DNA from: Dermatophilaceae bacterium
Lineage (GTDB): Bacteria > Actinomycetota > Actinomycetes > Actinomycetales > Dermatophilaceae
Reading direction: 5' to 3'
Assembly (NCBI GenBank): GCA_036834825.1
Contig: DAITND010000001.1
Span: 3,309 to 67,308, forward strand
Length of the DNA: 64,000 nucleotides
Shown: positions 26,903 through 36,884 of the stretch, in pieces
How positions within the stretch are numbered: the stretch's first letter is position 1
Layout of the letters: every line of letters starts with the position of its first letter
Program-made: the position numbers and the translations under genes
Notes under the pieces: generated by a model
Told to the model about the DNA's origin: nothing
What the model saw: the letters and a program-made list of their open reading frames with translations, nothing else
The model's database searches: none

Positions 26903-29900
26903 GTGGCTTCTTCACTGTTCTCGGCTCAGCCGATGAACCAGGGGTTGTACAACTCCGATTTTGAGCACGACGCATGTGGTGTGGCGCTCGTGGCGACCAT
27001 GCGCGGCAGCGCCGGCCACGACATCATCGACCATGGTCTGACGGCACTGCGTAACCTCGAGCACCGCGGTGCGACCGGCGCAGACCCACGTGTCGGTGAC
27101 GGGGCCGGCATCCTCACCCAGATGCCGGATGACTTCCTGCGCGAGGTCGTCGACTTCGAGCTGCCCCCGCGGGGCGCCTACGCCGCAGGTATCGCCTTCC
27201 TGCCTGCCGATGAGGGCGAACGCGACGACGCCGTGGCCACCATCGTGCTCCTGGCCAAGGAGGAGGGACTGAAGGTCCTCGGGTGGCGCGATGTGCCGAT
27301 CGCGGCCGAGATCGTGGGTGAGGCAGCCCGGGCGTGTATGCCCTTCTTCCGCCAGCTGTTCGTCACCGCCTCGGCTGGCCGCGTGGTCGGTCTCGGCCTG
27401 GAACGGATGGCCTTCTGCCTGCGCAAAAGAGCCGAGCACGAAGCCACGGTCTACTTCCCGTCGCTGTCAGCACGCACGATGGTCTACAAGGGCATGCTCA
27501 CCACGAATCAGCTGGAGCTTTTCTTCCCCGATCTGTCCGACCAGAGGTTTGCAACCGAGCTGGCGCTGGTTCACTCACGCTTCTCGACCAACACGTTCCC
27601 CTCGTGGCCGCTGGCCCACCCATACCGGCTGATCGCCCACAACGGCGAGATCAACACCCTCAAGGGCAACCGGAACTGGATGAAGGCTCGAGAGAGCCAG
27701 CTCGCCAGCGAAGTGATCCCCGGGGACCTCGAACGTCTGTTCCCCATCTGCAGCGAAGGGGCCTCGGACTCGGCGACCTTCGACGAGGTTCTGGAGCTGC
27801 TGCATCTGGGCGGACGGTCGTTGCCGCACTCAGTTCTGATGATGATCCCCGAGGCGTGGGAGAACCACGACGAGATGGACCCGGCGCGCAAGGCGTTCTA
27901 TGAGTTCCACTCCACCGTCATGGAGCCGTGGGACGGTCCGGCCTGCGTCACATTCACCGACGGCACCGTCATCGGCGCAGTCCTGGACCGCAACGGTCTG
28001 CGTCCAGGGCGCTACTGGGTCACAGATGACGGCCTGGTGGTCCTCGCCTCAGAGACCGGCGTGCTGGACCTCGAGCCAGGCCGTGTGGTCCGCAAGGGCC
28101 GGTTGCAGCCGGGTCGGATGTTCCTGGTCGACACCGAGCACGGCCGCATCGTCAGTGACGACGAGGTCAAGTCGTCCCTTGCCGCTGAGAACCCATACGA
28201 GGACTGGCTGCATGCCGGACTGATCAACCTGAGCGCACTGCCCGGGCGCGAGCACATCGTGCACACCGCGGCATCGGTCGCCCGCCGCCAGCAGACGTTC
28301 GGCTACACCCAGGAAGAGCTACGCATCCTCCTGTCTCCGATGGCAAGGACCGGGGGAGAGGCATTGGGCTCGATGGGCACCGACAGCCCCATCGCGGTGT
28401 TGTCCGAGCGCCCCCGCCTGCTTTTCGACTACTTCACCCAGCTGTTTGCGCAGGTGACCAACCCGCCCCTGGACGCCATCCGCGAAGAGCTCGTCACCTC
28501 CCTCGGCACCATGATAGGTCCGGAGGGCAACGCGCTCACCGCCGGACCGGCCCACGCCCGTCAGCTCGTTCTGCCGTTCCCCGTGCTCGACAATGACGAG
28601 CTGGCCAAGATCGTTCATATCAACGCCGACGGCGATCTGCCCGGTTACGCGACGTACCTGGTCAGGGGCCTCTACGACGTCTCGGGCGGGTCCGAGGCGA
28701 TGAAGGCGCGTCTTGACGAGATCCTCGGCGAGGTGTCGGTGGCCATCGCTGCGGGCGCGCGTTTCGTGGTGCTTTCCGACCGTGACTCCAGCCGTGCCCT
28801 GGCGCCGATTCCGTCGCTGCTGCTCACCTCGGCTGTGCACCACCACCTGATCCGGGAGAAGACCCGCACCCTGGTCGGGTTGCTCGTCGAGGCCGGGGAC
28901 GTCCGGGAGGTCCACCACGTGGCACTGCTCATCGGTTATGGCGCTGCGGCGGTCAACCCTTATCTGGCCATGGAGACGGTGGAGGACCTGGTTCGATCAG
29001 GGGCGCTTCAAGCGGACAGCGCCGACAAAGCGGTCAAGAACCTCATCAAGGCGCTCGGCAAAGGCGTCCTGAAGGTCATGTCCAAGATGGGCATCTCGAC
29101 CGTGGCCTCCTATCGCGGCGCACAGGCCTTCGAGGCCATCGGGCTCTCCCAGGAGCTGATCGACTCCTACTTCACCGGAACCACCTCACAGCTCGGCGGT
29201 ATCGGCCTCGATGTCCTTGCCGAGGAGGTGGCGGCGCGCCACGCCACGGCATACCCGTTGGACAGCGTGCGGTTGCCGCATCGCAAGCTACAGGTGGGCG
29301 GGGAGTACCAATGGCGACGCGAAGGCGAGCCCCATCTGTTCGACCCGGACACCGTCTTTCGTCTGCAGCACTCCACCCGGACACGGCGTTACGACATCTT
29401 CAAGCAGTACACCACACGCGTCGACGAGCAGTCCGAACGGCTGATGACGTTGCGTGGACTGTTCAAGTTCGCTGCTGGCCGCCCTCCGGTGCCGATCGAC
29501 GAGGTGGAGCCGGTCAGCGCGATCGTGGCACGGTTCAGCACCGGGGCGATGAGCTATGGCTCCATCAGCCAGGAGGCCCACGAGACGATCGCCGTAGCGA
29601 TGAACCGCCTTGGTGGTCGCTCGAACACGGGTGAGGGCGGGGAGGACGAGGATCGTCTGCTGGACCCGGTTCGCCGCTCGGCGATCAAGCAGGTAGCCTC
29701 TGGCCGTTTCGGCGTGACCTCGCTCTATCTCACCCAGGCCGACGACATCCAGATCAAGATGGCCCAGGGTGCCAAGCCGGGAGAGGGTGGTCAGCTGCCC
29801 GGCCACAAGGTCTATCCGTGGGTGGCCAAGACGCGTCATTCGACCCCGGGCGTCGGACTTATCTCACCGCCACCGCACCACGACATCTACTCCATCGAGG

Positions 29901-31441
29901 ACTTGGCCCAACTGATCCATGACCTCAAGAACGCCAATCCGTCGGCGCGCGTGCACGTCAAGCTCGTGGCGGAGATCGGGGTGGGAACGGTCGCCGCGGG
30001 CGTCAGCAAGGCGCACGCCGACGTCGTGCTCATCTCAGGCCATGACGGTGGTACCGGTGCTGCGCCGCTCACCTCGCTCAAGCACGCTGGCGCGCCATGG
30101 GAGCTCGGACTTGCCGAGACTCAGCAGACCCTGGTGCTCAACGGGCTGCGTGAGCGGATCGTGGTTCAGGTCGACGGCCAGCTCAAGACCGGGCGGGACG
30201 TCGTGATCGCGGCGCTGCTCGGCGCTGAGGAGTTCGGCTTCGCCACCGCACCGCTGGTGGTCAGCGGCTGCGTCATGATGCGCGTGTGTCACCTCGACAC
30301 CTGCCCGGTAGGCATCGCTACCCAGAACCCAGAGCTGCGCTCACGCTTCTCGGGAAAGCCCGAGTACATCGAGACGTTCTTTGAGTACATCGCCCAGGAG
30401 GTCCGTGAGAACCTGGCCGCGCTGGGGTTCAGGTCTCTGACACAGGCTATCGGCGAGGTATCGCTGCTTGACACCGCGGCGGCGGTCGATCACTGGAAGG
30501 CCAGTGGCCTGGACCTCACGCCGATCCTGACGGAGGTCGCATCCCCCGATGGGGCTGACCGTCGCAATACCGTCGGCCAGGACCACGGACTGGGGAAGGC
30601 CCTCGACCACACCCTGATCGAGATGAGCGAGGAAGCGTTGCGCGACAAGACTCCTGTGCGCATCGATCTGCCCGTCCGTAACGTCAACCGCACCGTCGGC
30701 ACCATGCTCGGGCACGAAGTGACCAAGGCCTACCCGTCCGGTCTGCCCGACGACACGATCCAGATCTCGCTGACGGGATCGGCTGGTCAGTCGCTGGGTG
30801 CCTTCCTTCCTGCAGGTATCACGCTGGGTCTGTATGGCGATGCCAACGACTATGTGGGTAAAGGACTATCAGGCGGGCGGATCGTGGTTCGGCCCGATCG
30901 CGCGGCTTCGCTGCCGGCAGAGCGCAACGTCATCGCCGGCAATGTGATCGCCTACGGAGCCACCAGTGGCGAGCTATTCCTGCGTGGTCAGGTGGGGGAG
31001 CGGTTCTGTGTACGCAACTCAGGGGCCACGGCGGTTGTCGAAGGACTGGGGGACCACGGTTGCGAGTACATGACCGGTGGCACTGTGCTTGTCCTCGGGC
31101 CCACCGGTCGCAACTTCGCTGCGGGCATGTCCGGTGGTGTGGCCTATGTCCTGAACCTGCGGGAGGGCCGGGTCAACCGTGAGCTCGTGGACCTCATGCC
31201 CTTGCGTGAGCTCGATGTTGAGATCGTGCAGGAGCTTTTGACCAGACATCGTCGATGGACCGAATCTGCGGTTGCCGGAAGGCTGCTCGCGGACTGGGAC
31301 AACGTCAAGAGCCAGTTCACCCTCGTCCTGCCACGTGACTATCAGCGTGTCCTGGACGTTCGTACCAAGGCCGAGTCCGAGGGTCTTGACCTCAACGGCC
31401 CCGACGTGTGGGAGCGAATCATGGAGGCCTCTCGTGGCTGA
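26903..31441 (+). CDS. gltB: Glutamate synthase large subunit
   Basis: 1512 aa. It has an Ntn amidotransferase start (...[11 protein letters not shown]), the FMN/Fe-S central domain and the C-terminal GXGXG domain. Confidence 0.96.
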   Translation: MASSLFSAQPMNQGLYNSDFEHDACGVALVATMRGSAGHDIIDHGLTALRNLEHRGATGADPRVGDGAGILTQMPDDFLREVVDFELPPRGAYAAGIAFLPADEGERDDAVATIVLLAKEEGLKVLGWRDVPIAAEIVGEAARACMPFFRQLFVTASAGRVVGLGLERMAFCLRKRAEHEATVYFPSLSARTMVYKGMLTTNQLELFFPDLSDQRFATELALVHSRFSTNTFPSWPLAHPYRLIAHNGEINTLKGNRNWMKARESQLASEVIPGDLERLFPICSEGASDSATFDEVLELLHLGGRSLPHSVLMMIPEAWENHDEMDPARKAFYEFHSTVMEPWDGPACVTFTDGTVIGAVLDRNGLRPGRYWVTDDGLVVLASETGVLDLEPGRVVRKGRLQPGRMFLVDTEHGRIVSDDEVKSSLAAENPYEDWLHAGLINLSALPGREHIVHTAASVARRQQTFGYTQEELRILLSPMARTGGEALGSMGTDSPIAVLSERPRLLFDYFTQLFAQVTNPPLDAIREELVTSLGTMIGPEGNALTAGPAHARQLVLPFPVLDNDELAKIVHINADGDLPGYATYLVRGLYDVSGGSEAMKARLDEILGEVSVAIAAGARFVVLSDRDSSRALAPIPSLLLTSAVHHHLIREKTRTLVGLLVEAGDVREVHHVALLIGYGAAAVNPYLAMETVEDLVRSGALQADSADKAVKNLIKALGKGVLKVMSKMGISTVASYRGAQAFEAIGLSQELIDSYFTGTTSQLGGIGLDVLAEEVAARHATAYPLDSVRLPHRKLQVGGEYQWRREGEPHLFDPDTVFRLQHSTRTRRYDIFKQYTTRVDEQSERLMTLRGLFKFAAGRPPVPIDEVEPVSAIVARFSTGAMSYGSISQEAHETIAVAMNRLGGRSNTGEGGEDEDRLLDPVRRSAIKQVASGRFGVTSLYLTQADDIQIKMAQGAKPGEGGQLPGHKVYPWVAKTRHSTPGVGLISPPPHHDIYSIEDLAQLIHDLKNANPSARVHVKLVAEIGVGTVAAGVSKAHADVVLISGHDGGTGAAPLTSLKHAGAPWELGLAETQQTLVLNGLRERIVVQVDGQLKTGRDVVIAALLGAEEFGFATAPLVVSGCVMMRVCHLDTCPVGIATQNPELRSRFSGKPEYIETFFEYIAQEVRENLAALGFRSLTQAIGEVSLLDTAAAVDHWKASGLDLTPILTEVASPDGADRRNTVGQDHGLGKALDHTLIEMSEEALRDKTPVRIDLPVRNVNRTVGTMLGHEVTKAYPSGLPDDTIQISLTGSAGQSLGAFLPAGITLGLYGDANDYVGKGLSGGRIVVRPDRAASLPAERNVIAGNVIAYGATSGELFLRGQVGERFCVRNSGATAVVEGLGDHGCEYMTGGTVLVLGPTGRNFAAGMSGGVAYVLNLREGRVNRELVDLMPLRELDVEIVQELLTRHRRWTESAVAGRLLADWDNVKSQFTLVLPRDYQRVLDVRTKAESEGLDLNGPDVWERIMEASRG

Positions 31442-32903
31442 CCCCCGGGGATTCCTGTCGACCCGTGAGCGTGAGCTGCCCAAGCGCCGTCCAGTCCCGG
31501 TCCGGCTCATGGACTGGCGCGAAGTCTACGAACAGCAAGATGCCGCCCAGGTCCAGAGGCAGGCAGGACGTTGCATGGACTGCGGCATTCCGTTCTGCCA
31601 CAACGGTTGCCCGCTGGGCAACCGGATTCCCGAGTGGAACGACCTGGCGTGGAAGGGCGACTGGAGCGAGGCGATCGAGCAGCTGCACGCCACCAACAAC
31701 TTCCCGGAGTTCACCGGCCGGTTGTGTCCGGCACCGTGTGAGACGGCCTGTGTGCTGGGCATCAACCAGCCCGCTGTGATCATCAAGCAGATCGAGCTCA
31801 CGACGATCGAGCGGGCCTTCGGCGCAGGGGGGGTCACCCCCAAGGCCCCCGATCGCCTGTCGGGCAAGACCGTTGCGGTTGTCGGCTCGGGGCCCGCTGG
31901 TCTGGCTGTCGCCCAACAGCTCACAAGGGCCGGGCATACCGTTGCCGTCTTCGAACGAGCCGACAAGCCGGGCGGCCTGATGCGTTACGGCATTCCTGAG
32001 TTCAAGATGGAGAAATCGGTCCTTGACCGTCGTCTGGCACAGATGGAGGCCGAGGGCACGCGGTTCCGAAACGGTGTCGACGTCGGTGGGGACCTGACCG
32101 GTAAGGCGTTGCGCCACCGGTACGACGCCGTAGTGCTGGCTGTCGGCGCCACAGTCCCACGTGATCTCCCCGTCCCCGGACGGGAGCTGGACGGAGTCAT
32201 GCAGGCCATGGAGTACTTGCCTCCGGCCAACCGCGCCGCGCTGGGCGAAAAGGTGGAGAACCAGGTCGTCGCCACCGGCAAGGACGTCATCGTCATAGGG
32301 GGTGGCGACACCGGGGCGGACTGCATCGGCACCGCACACCGGCAGGGCGCCAGGTCCGTGACATCGCTGGAGATCATGCCCCGCCCTGGCGAGGAGCGCC
32401 CCGCGACCCAGCCGTGGCCGACGTACCCCACGCTCTTTCGCGTCGCGGGCGCACACGAAGAGGGTGGGGAGCGAGTCTATGCGGTGAACACTAAGGAGAT
32501 CCTGGGCGACGAGCAAGGCAGAGTCCGGGCCCTGCATCTGGTCGAAGTCGCACAGGGCGTCGATGGCACCCCTGGCTTCACCGAGGTCGAGGGCAGCGCC
32601 CGCGAGATCCCCGCACAGCTGGTTCTGCTCGCCATGGGCTTCCTCGGACCGCAGACCAATGGTGTGGTCGAACAGCTCGGCGTCGAGCTCGACGAACGCT
32701 CAAACATCAAGCGGGACAAGGCTTTCATGACATCGGTGCCTGGTGTCTTCGTTGCCGGCGATGCCGGTCGCGGCCAGTCGCTGATCGTGTGGGCCATTGC
32801 CGAGGGCCGCTCTGCGGCGGCCGGCGTGGACGCTTTTCTGATGGGTGGGTTCTCTGCGCTTCCGCGCCCCGTGAACCCCACGGACCGGCCGCTCAGTGTG
32901 TGA
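31434..32903 (+). CDS. gltD: Glutamate synthase small subunit
   Basis: GTG 31434 overlaps the gltB end by 8 nt. [33 protein letters not shown]...[23 protein letters not shown]...[17 protein letters not shown]. Confidence 0.95.
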   Translation: MADPRGFLSTRERELPKRRPVPVRLMDWREVYEQQDAAQVQRQAGRCMDCGIPFCHNGCPLGNRIPEWNDLAWKGDWSEAIEQLHATNNFPEFTGRLCPAPCETACVLGINQPAVIIKQIELTTIERAFGAGGVTPKAPDRLSGKTVAVVGSGPAGLAVAQQLTRAGHTVAVFERADKPGGLMRYGIPEFKMEKSVLDRRLAQMEAEGTRFRNGVDVGGDLTGKALRHRYDAVVLAVGATVPRDLPVPGRELDGVMQAMEYLPPANRAALGEKVENQVVATGKDVIVIGGGDTGADCIGTAHRQGARSVTSLEIMPRPGEERPATQPWPTYPTLFRVAGAHEEGGERVYAVNTKEILGDEQGRVRALHLVEVAQGVDGTPGFTEVEGSAREIPAQLVLLAMGFLGPQTNGVVEQLGVELDERSNIKRDKAFMTSVPGVFVAGDAGRGQSLIVWAIAEGRSAAAGVDAFLMGGFSALPRPVNPTDRPLSV

Positions 32904-32959
32904 GTTCCAACTGCGACCCGATTCACGAGATCGCTCAACCTGCCAATAGAATCGTGGTC

Positions 32960-34402
32960 ATGCGCCGCGCGAAGATCGTCTGCACCCTTGGCCCTGCAAC
33001 AGCCGTCCCAGGGGGGGTACGGGCGCTCGTTGATGCGGGCATGGACATCGCCCGGATCAACCGGTCCCACGGCAGCTACGAAGAGCACGAGGCGTCCTTT
33101 GCCGAGGTCCGTAAGGCCAGCCAGGAATCGGGCAGGGCAGTGGGCGTACTGGTCGACCTGCAGGGCCCCAAGATTCGCACCGGCCGTTTCACCGACGGTC
33201 CGGTGACGCTGGTCGACGGCGAACGATTCACCATCACGGTCGATGACATCCAGGGCGACCAGGAACGTGTGTCGACGACCTACAAAGGTCTTCCCGGGGA
33301 CGTGAAGTCGGGCGACACGTTGCTGATCGATGACGGCAAGGTCACGCTCAGGGCGCTCGAGGTTACTGACACCGACGTCGCCTGCCAGGTAATGGGCGGC
33401 GGGGTCGTTTCCAACAACAAGGGCATCAATCTGCCAGGGGTGGCTGTCAGCGTGCCGGCCCTGTCGGAAAAGGACGAGGCGGACCTGCGCTGGGCCCTGC
33501 GACTGCCGGCGGACATGGTTGCCCTGTCCTTCGTTCGTGACGCCAAAGACATCGAGCGGGTGCACGAGATCATGAACGAGGAGGGTATCCACCTTCCCGT
33601 GATCGCCAAGATCGAGAAGCCCCAGGCCGTCAAGAACCTCAGGGAGATCATCAACGCGTTCGACGCCGTGATGGTCGCGCGTGGTGACCTGGGGGTCGAG
33701 CTCCCGTTCGAGGAGGTCCCCCTGGTCCAGAAGCTCGCCATCGAGATGGCCCGGCGCAACGCCAAACCCGTGATCGTGGCCACACAGGTGCTCGAGTCGA
33801 TGATCGAAAACTCCCGACCGACCCGCGCCGAGGTCAGCGACTGCGCCAACGCCGTCCTTGACGGCGCCGACGCCATCATGCTTTCGGGGGAGACGAGCGT
33901 CGGCAAGTGGCCGACCGAAGCGGTGAAAGCGATGGCCCGGATCATCCAGAGCACCGAGGAACACGGACTCGAGCGGGTTCCCGGGCTTGGCACCCGGCCC
34001 CATACCGTCGGCGGAGCAGTGACAGCCGCGGCGGCAGAAATCGGTGAACTCGTGGGGGCTAAGTATCTGGTGACGTTCACGCAGCTGGGGGACTCAGCCA
34101 GGCGGCTCTCGCGGATCCGTTCCAAGCTCCCGATGCTTGCGTTTACCCCACTGGCGGCGACCCGCTCCCAGCTCGCCCTTACCTGGGGCATCGAGTCCTA
34201 CCTGGTGCCCGCGGTTCGACACACCGACCAGATGGCCCGGCAGGTCGACGAGGCCCTGCTGGTGAGCGGCATCTGTGTCGAGGGCGACATCGTGGTCATC
34301 GTTGCAGGCTCACCTCCTGGCCTACCGGGTTCCACCAACGGCCTGCGCGTACACCGGGTTGGTGACGCCCGGAACAGGGTGGCACCGGCATACGAGGATT
34401 AG
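32960..34402 (+). CDS. pyk: Pyruvate kinase
   Basis: MRRAKIVCTLGPA...ARINRSHGSYEEH...VLVDLQGPKIRTG...MVARGDLGVE...ATQVLESM. Confidence 0.95.
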   Translation: MRRAKIVCTLGPATAVPGGVRALVDAGMDIARINRSHGSYEEHEASFAEVRKASQESGRAVGVLVDLQGPKIRTGRFTDGPVTLVDGERFTITVDDIQGDQERVSTTYKGLPGDVKSGDTLLIDDGKVTLRALEVTDTDVACQVMGGGVVSNNKGINLPGVAVSVPALSEKDEADLRWALRLPADMVALSFVRDAKDIERVHEIMNEEGIHLPVIAKIEKPQAVKNLREIINAFDAVMVARGDLGVELPFEEVPLVQKLAIEMARRNAKPVIVATQVLESMIENSRPTRAEVSDCANAVLDGADAIMLSGETSVGKWPTEAVKAMARIIQSTEEHGLERVPGLGTRPHTVGGAVTAAAAEIGELVGAKYLVTFTQLGDSARRLSRIRSKLPMLAFTPLAATRSQLALTWGIESYLVPAVRHTDQMARQVDEALLVSGICVEGDIVVIVAGSPPGLPGSTNGLRVHRVGDARNRVAPAYED

Positions 34403-34513
34403 CCTGCGCGTCTGTTCTGATATCAGCTGCCTACCGTGCCAGTCATCGTGCGTCCGAGTTGCGACCCGTTCATATTGCAGCTGACATCCCGGTATGCTGA
34501 TCGCCGCAACCTC

Positions 34514-34596
34514 GCCGGGGTGGTGGAATGGCAGACACGGAGCACTCAAAATGCTTTGCTCGAAAGGGCGTGCGGGTTCGAGTCCCGCCCTCGGCA
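34514..34596 (+). tRNA. tRNA-Leu (anticodon CAA)
   Basis: The cloverleaf was folded by hand. Acceptor stem is GCCGGGG/CCUCGGC with one G-U pair. The anticodon loop is CUCAAAA. There is a long variable arm and a T-loop GGTTCGAGTCC. No CCA is encoded. Confidence 0.9.
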
Positions 34597-34683
34597 CACA
34601 GTTACCCACACACCGAGTACTTGACCGAAACCTTGGGCCTCTGATGGCCTGCGGAAACGTGATAGTTGAATGGCGCTGCGGCC

Positions 34684-34893
34684 CTATCGCGAGGTAGGAG
34701 CGTGGATCGTTGTCGGAGGGCTGGCGGCCCATCCCTGGACGGCGAGGGTGACGCCTAGAAATGACACCCCGGCGACGGCAATGACGAGAAGAGTAAGGGC
34801 GACGGCGAAGAACAAAGACATGATGAACCGCGGAACCATTTTCACGGCGTTGACGAACATGGGCACAGGGTAGATCTTCAGGGTCGCAAGCAC
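34684..34893 (-). CDS. Possible small hydrophobic protein in a lower-GC patch after the tRNA
   Basis: The ORF reads ...[28 protein letters not shown]..., a single TM helix. No family recognised and coding status is doubtful. Confidence 0.2.
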   Translation of the reverse strand: MLATLKIYPVPMFVNAVKMVPRFIMSLFFAVALTLLVIAVAGVSFLGVTLAVQGWAASPPTTIHAPTSR

Positions 34894-34974
34894 TAGATCC
34901 TGGGTGGATGAACTTCTTCAGTATGGAACAGAGGGTGCCGTCGCGGCGGGGAGCCAGTCGGTAGGCTGACGTGC

Positions 34975-35619
34975 GTGACCGACGATGCCCACCCCCTTCC
35001 GAGCCCCCCCGCCAACCCGTCTGTGACTGCCGCCAAGATCCGGATCCTTGTTGCCGAGGATGAGGCGCTGATCCGCCTGGACCTCGCAGAGATGTTGGTC
35101 GAGGCCGGCTATGACGTGGTCGGCCAGGCCAGCAACGGTGAGCAGGCCGTGGCCCTCAGCCGTGAGCTCAAGCCGGATCTGGTGCTGATGGATGTCAAGA
35201 TGCCGGTACTTGATGGCATCAGTGCCGCCGAGCAGATCGGCGAGGAACGGATCGCCCCGGTCGTGATGCTCACGGCCTTCAGCCAGAAGGAGCTCGTCGA
35301 GCGTGCCCGCGACGCGGGCGTCATGGCCTACATCATCAAGCCCTTCACTGCCGCTGACCTTGTCCCGGCCATCGGCATCGCGCGTTCTCGCTGGGTCGAG
35401 ATGCATGCGCTGGAGTCCGAGATCGCAGACTTGGGGGAGCGCTTTGAGACCCGCAAGATCGTGGACCGGGCCAAAGGCGTACTGATGGCCCGGCTGATGA
35501 TCAGTGAGCCGGAGGCCTTCGGCTGGATTCAGAAGACGGCCATGGACCGCCGCCTGGGGATGCGTGAGGTGGCCGCTTCGGTCGTCTCCGGCATGGCGGG
35601 CGGCTCGCCGGAGTCCTGA
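34975..35619 (+). CDS. pdtaR: ANTAR-domain response regulator (PdtaR-like)
   Basis: Receiver domain ILVAEDEALIRLDL...DLVLMDVKMPVLDG...MLTAF. ANTAR part RKIVDRAKGVLMARLMISEPEAFGWIQKTAMDRR. It occupies the same neighbourhood as Rv1626. Confidence 0.85.
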   Translation: MTDDAHPLPSPPANPSVTAAKIRILVAEDEALIRLDLAEMLVEAGYDVVGQASNGEQAVALSRELKPDLVLMDVKMPVLDGISAAEQIGEERIAPVVMLTAFSQKELVERARDAGVMAYIIKPFTAADLVPAIGIARSRWVEMHALESEIADLGERFETRKIVDRAKGVLMARLMISEPEAFGWIQKTAMDRRLGMREVAASVVSGMAGGSPES

Positions 35620-35625
35620 TCAGGC

Positions 35626-36411
35626 CTAGCGCAACATCACCACGAGCTGGGTGAGCAGCGGCGCAACGATCAGAGCCGGCAACAGATCGCCCACCGGGAT
35701 CTCACGAATCCGCAGCAGCCGGAAGGAGATCCCCACCAGTAGCAGTCCACCTGTGGCCGTCAGGGCTGCGATGTGCGCGTCCGGCAGCATCGAACCAAGG
35801 ACCACCCCCAGCAACGTCAGCAGGCCCTGCACGACGGCCACTGACAGAGCTGAGAGCAGGACGCCGATGCCGAAGGATGACGCGAACGCCACCGCGGCGA
35901 AACCGTCCAGCACCGCCTTCAGGGTCAGCTGGTCGATGCCTTTGCCCAACCCGTCCGACAGCGAGCCCAAGATGGTCAGCGGTCCGACGCAGAACAGCAG
36001 GGAGGCGCTCAGCCAGCCCTCGATGAAGCGTTCGCGGGCCTCGTGTCCCAGGCCGCTCTCCGCAGCCCCGACCAGCTGGGGCCGACGGGCCAGCCGGGCC
36101 TGGATGACGCCCGCAAGATCTTCAAGGCGACCCTCGATCCGCAGCAGCGACCCGGTGATGCCGCCGATCAAGAGGGCGCCGAGCACGATCAGCACGGGCG
36201 CGCCCACGCCGACGGCGGACGCCAGCGCCGGGTCGCTCACCTTGAAGGCTGACAGGCCCGCCACTAGCAGGGTCGTCAAGCCCAGGCAGTCGGTGACCAC
36301 CCACCGGGTGCGGTCGGGGAGTCGGTGACCCACCGCCATACCGAGCAGGGACCCGATGACGATCGCGATCACATTGATTACGGTCCCGAGGCCGGGGAAG
36401 GCGCTGTGCAT
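35626..36411 (-). CDS. DUF554-family membrane protein
   Basis: MHSAFPGLGTVINVIAIVIGSLLG...DCLGLTTLLVAGLSAF... is polytopic. Confidence 0.7.
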   Translation of the reverse strand: MHSAFPGLGTVINVIAIVIGSLLGMAVGHRLPDRTRWVVTDCLGLTTLLVAGLSAFKVSDPALASAVGVGAPVLIVLGALLIGGITGSLLRIEGRLEDLAGVIQARLARRPQLVGAAESGLGHEARERFIEGWLSASLLFCVGPLTILGSLSDGLGKGIDQLTLKAVLDGFAAVAFASSFGIGVLLSALSVAVVQGLLTLLGVVLGSMLPDAHIAALTATGGLLLVGISFRLLRIREIPVGDLLPALIVAPLLTQLVVMLR

Positions 36412-36432
36412 ATGTTGGTCCTCTTGAGGCCG

Positions 36433-36840
36433 TCAGGCGCCCGGGGGCTTCGGGCGGATCATGCAGGTAATCCGGGAAGAACAAGCCCCGGTGCGGTCAT
36501 TGTCGTTGATGAGGACGTCATAGGTCGCGCGGGTTCTGCCGGCGGTGGCGCGGTTGCGGGCCGGTGACGAACCCGGCCCGGGCCTCCGGTGGTCAGTGGC
36601 GCCGATCTGCGCCCGCCCGGCATGCATCATGGCCCCGACGGAGCCAAGGGTCTTGGCCAGCGCCACGCTCGAACCTGCGTGCACCAACCCGAGGGGTTGG
36701 TTGTCCTCGGCGACCGGCATCCGAGCAACGACCCGCTGCGCGGTCACCTCGATGAGCTCGATCCCCATCTCCTGCCCGGGGGAGCCGCCGTTCCTCGCGC
36801 TGAGTGTGCACAGAACCTGCTCGTGCCTGTCGCCCATCAA
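36433..36840 (-). CDS. PaaI-family hotdog-fold thioesterase
   Basis: GIELIEVTAQRVVARMPVAEDNQPLGLVHAGSSVALAKTLGSVGAMMHAG...GRTRATYDVLINDNDRTGACSSRITCMIR. Confidence 0.7.
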   Translation of the reverse strand: MMGDRHEQVLCTLSARNGGSPGQEMGIELIEVTAQRVVARMPVAEDNQPLGLVHAGSSVALAKTLGSVGAMMHAGRAQIGATDHRRPGPGSSPARNRATAGRTRATYDVLINDNDRTGACSSRITCMIRPKPPGA

Positions 36841-36884
36841 CCTGCCCGTCTCTTTGCCCGTCTCTGGGGCCTAGGCTGCCATGC

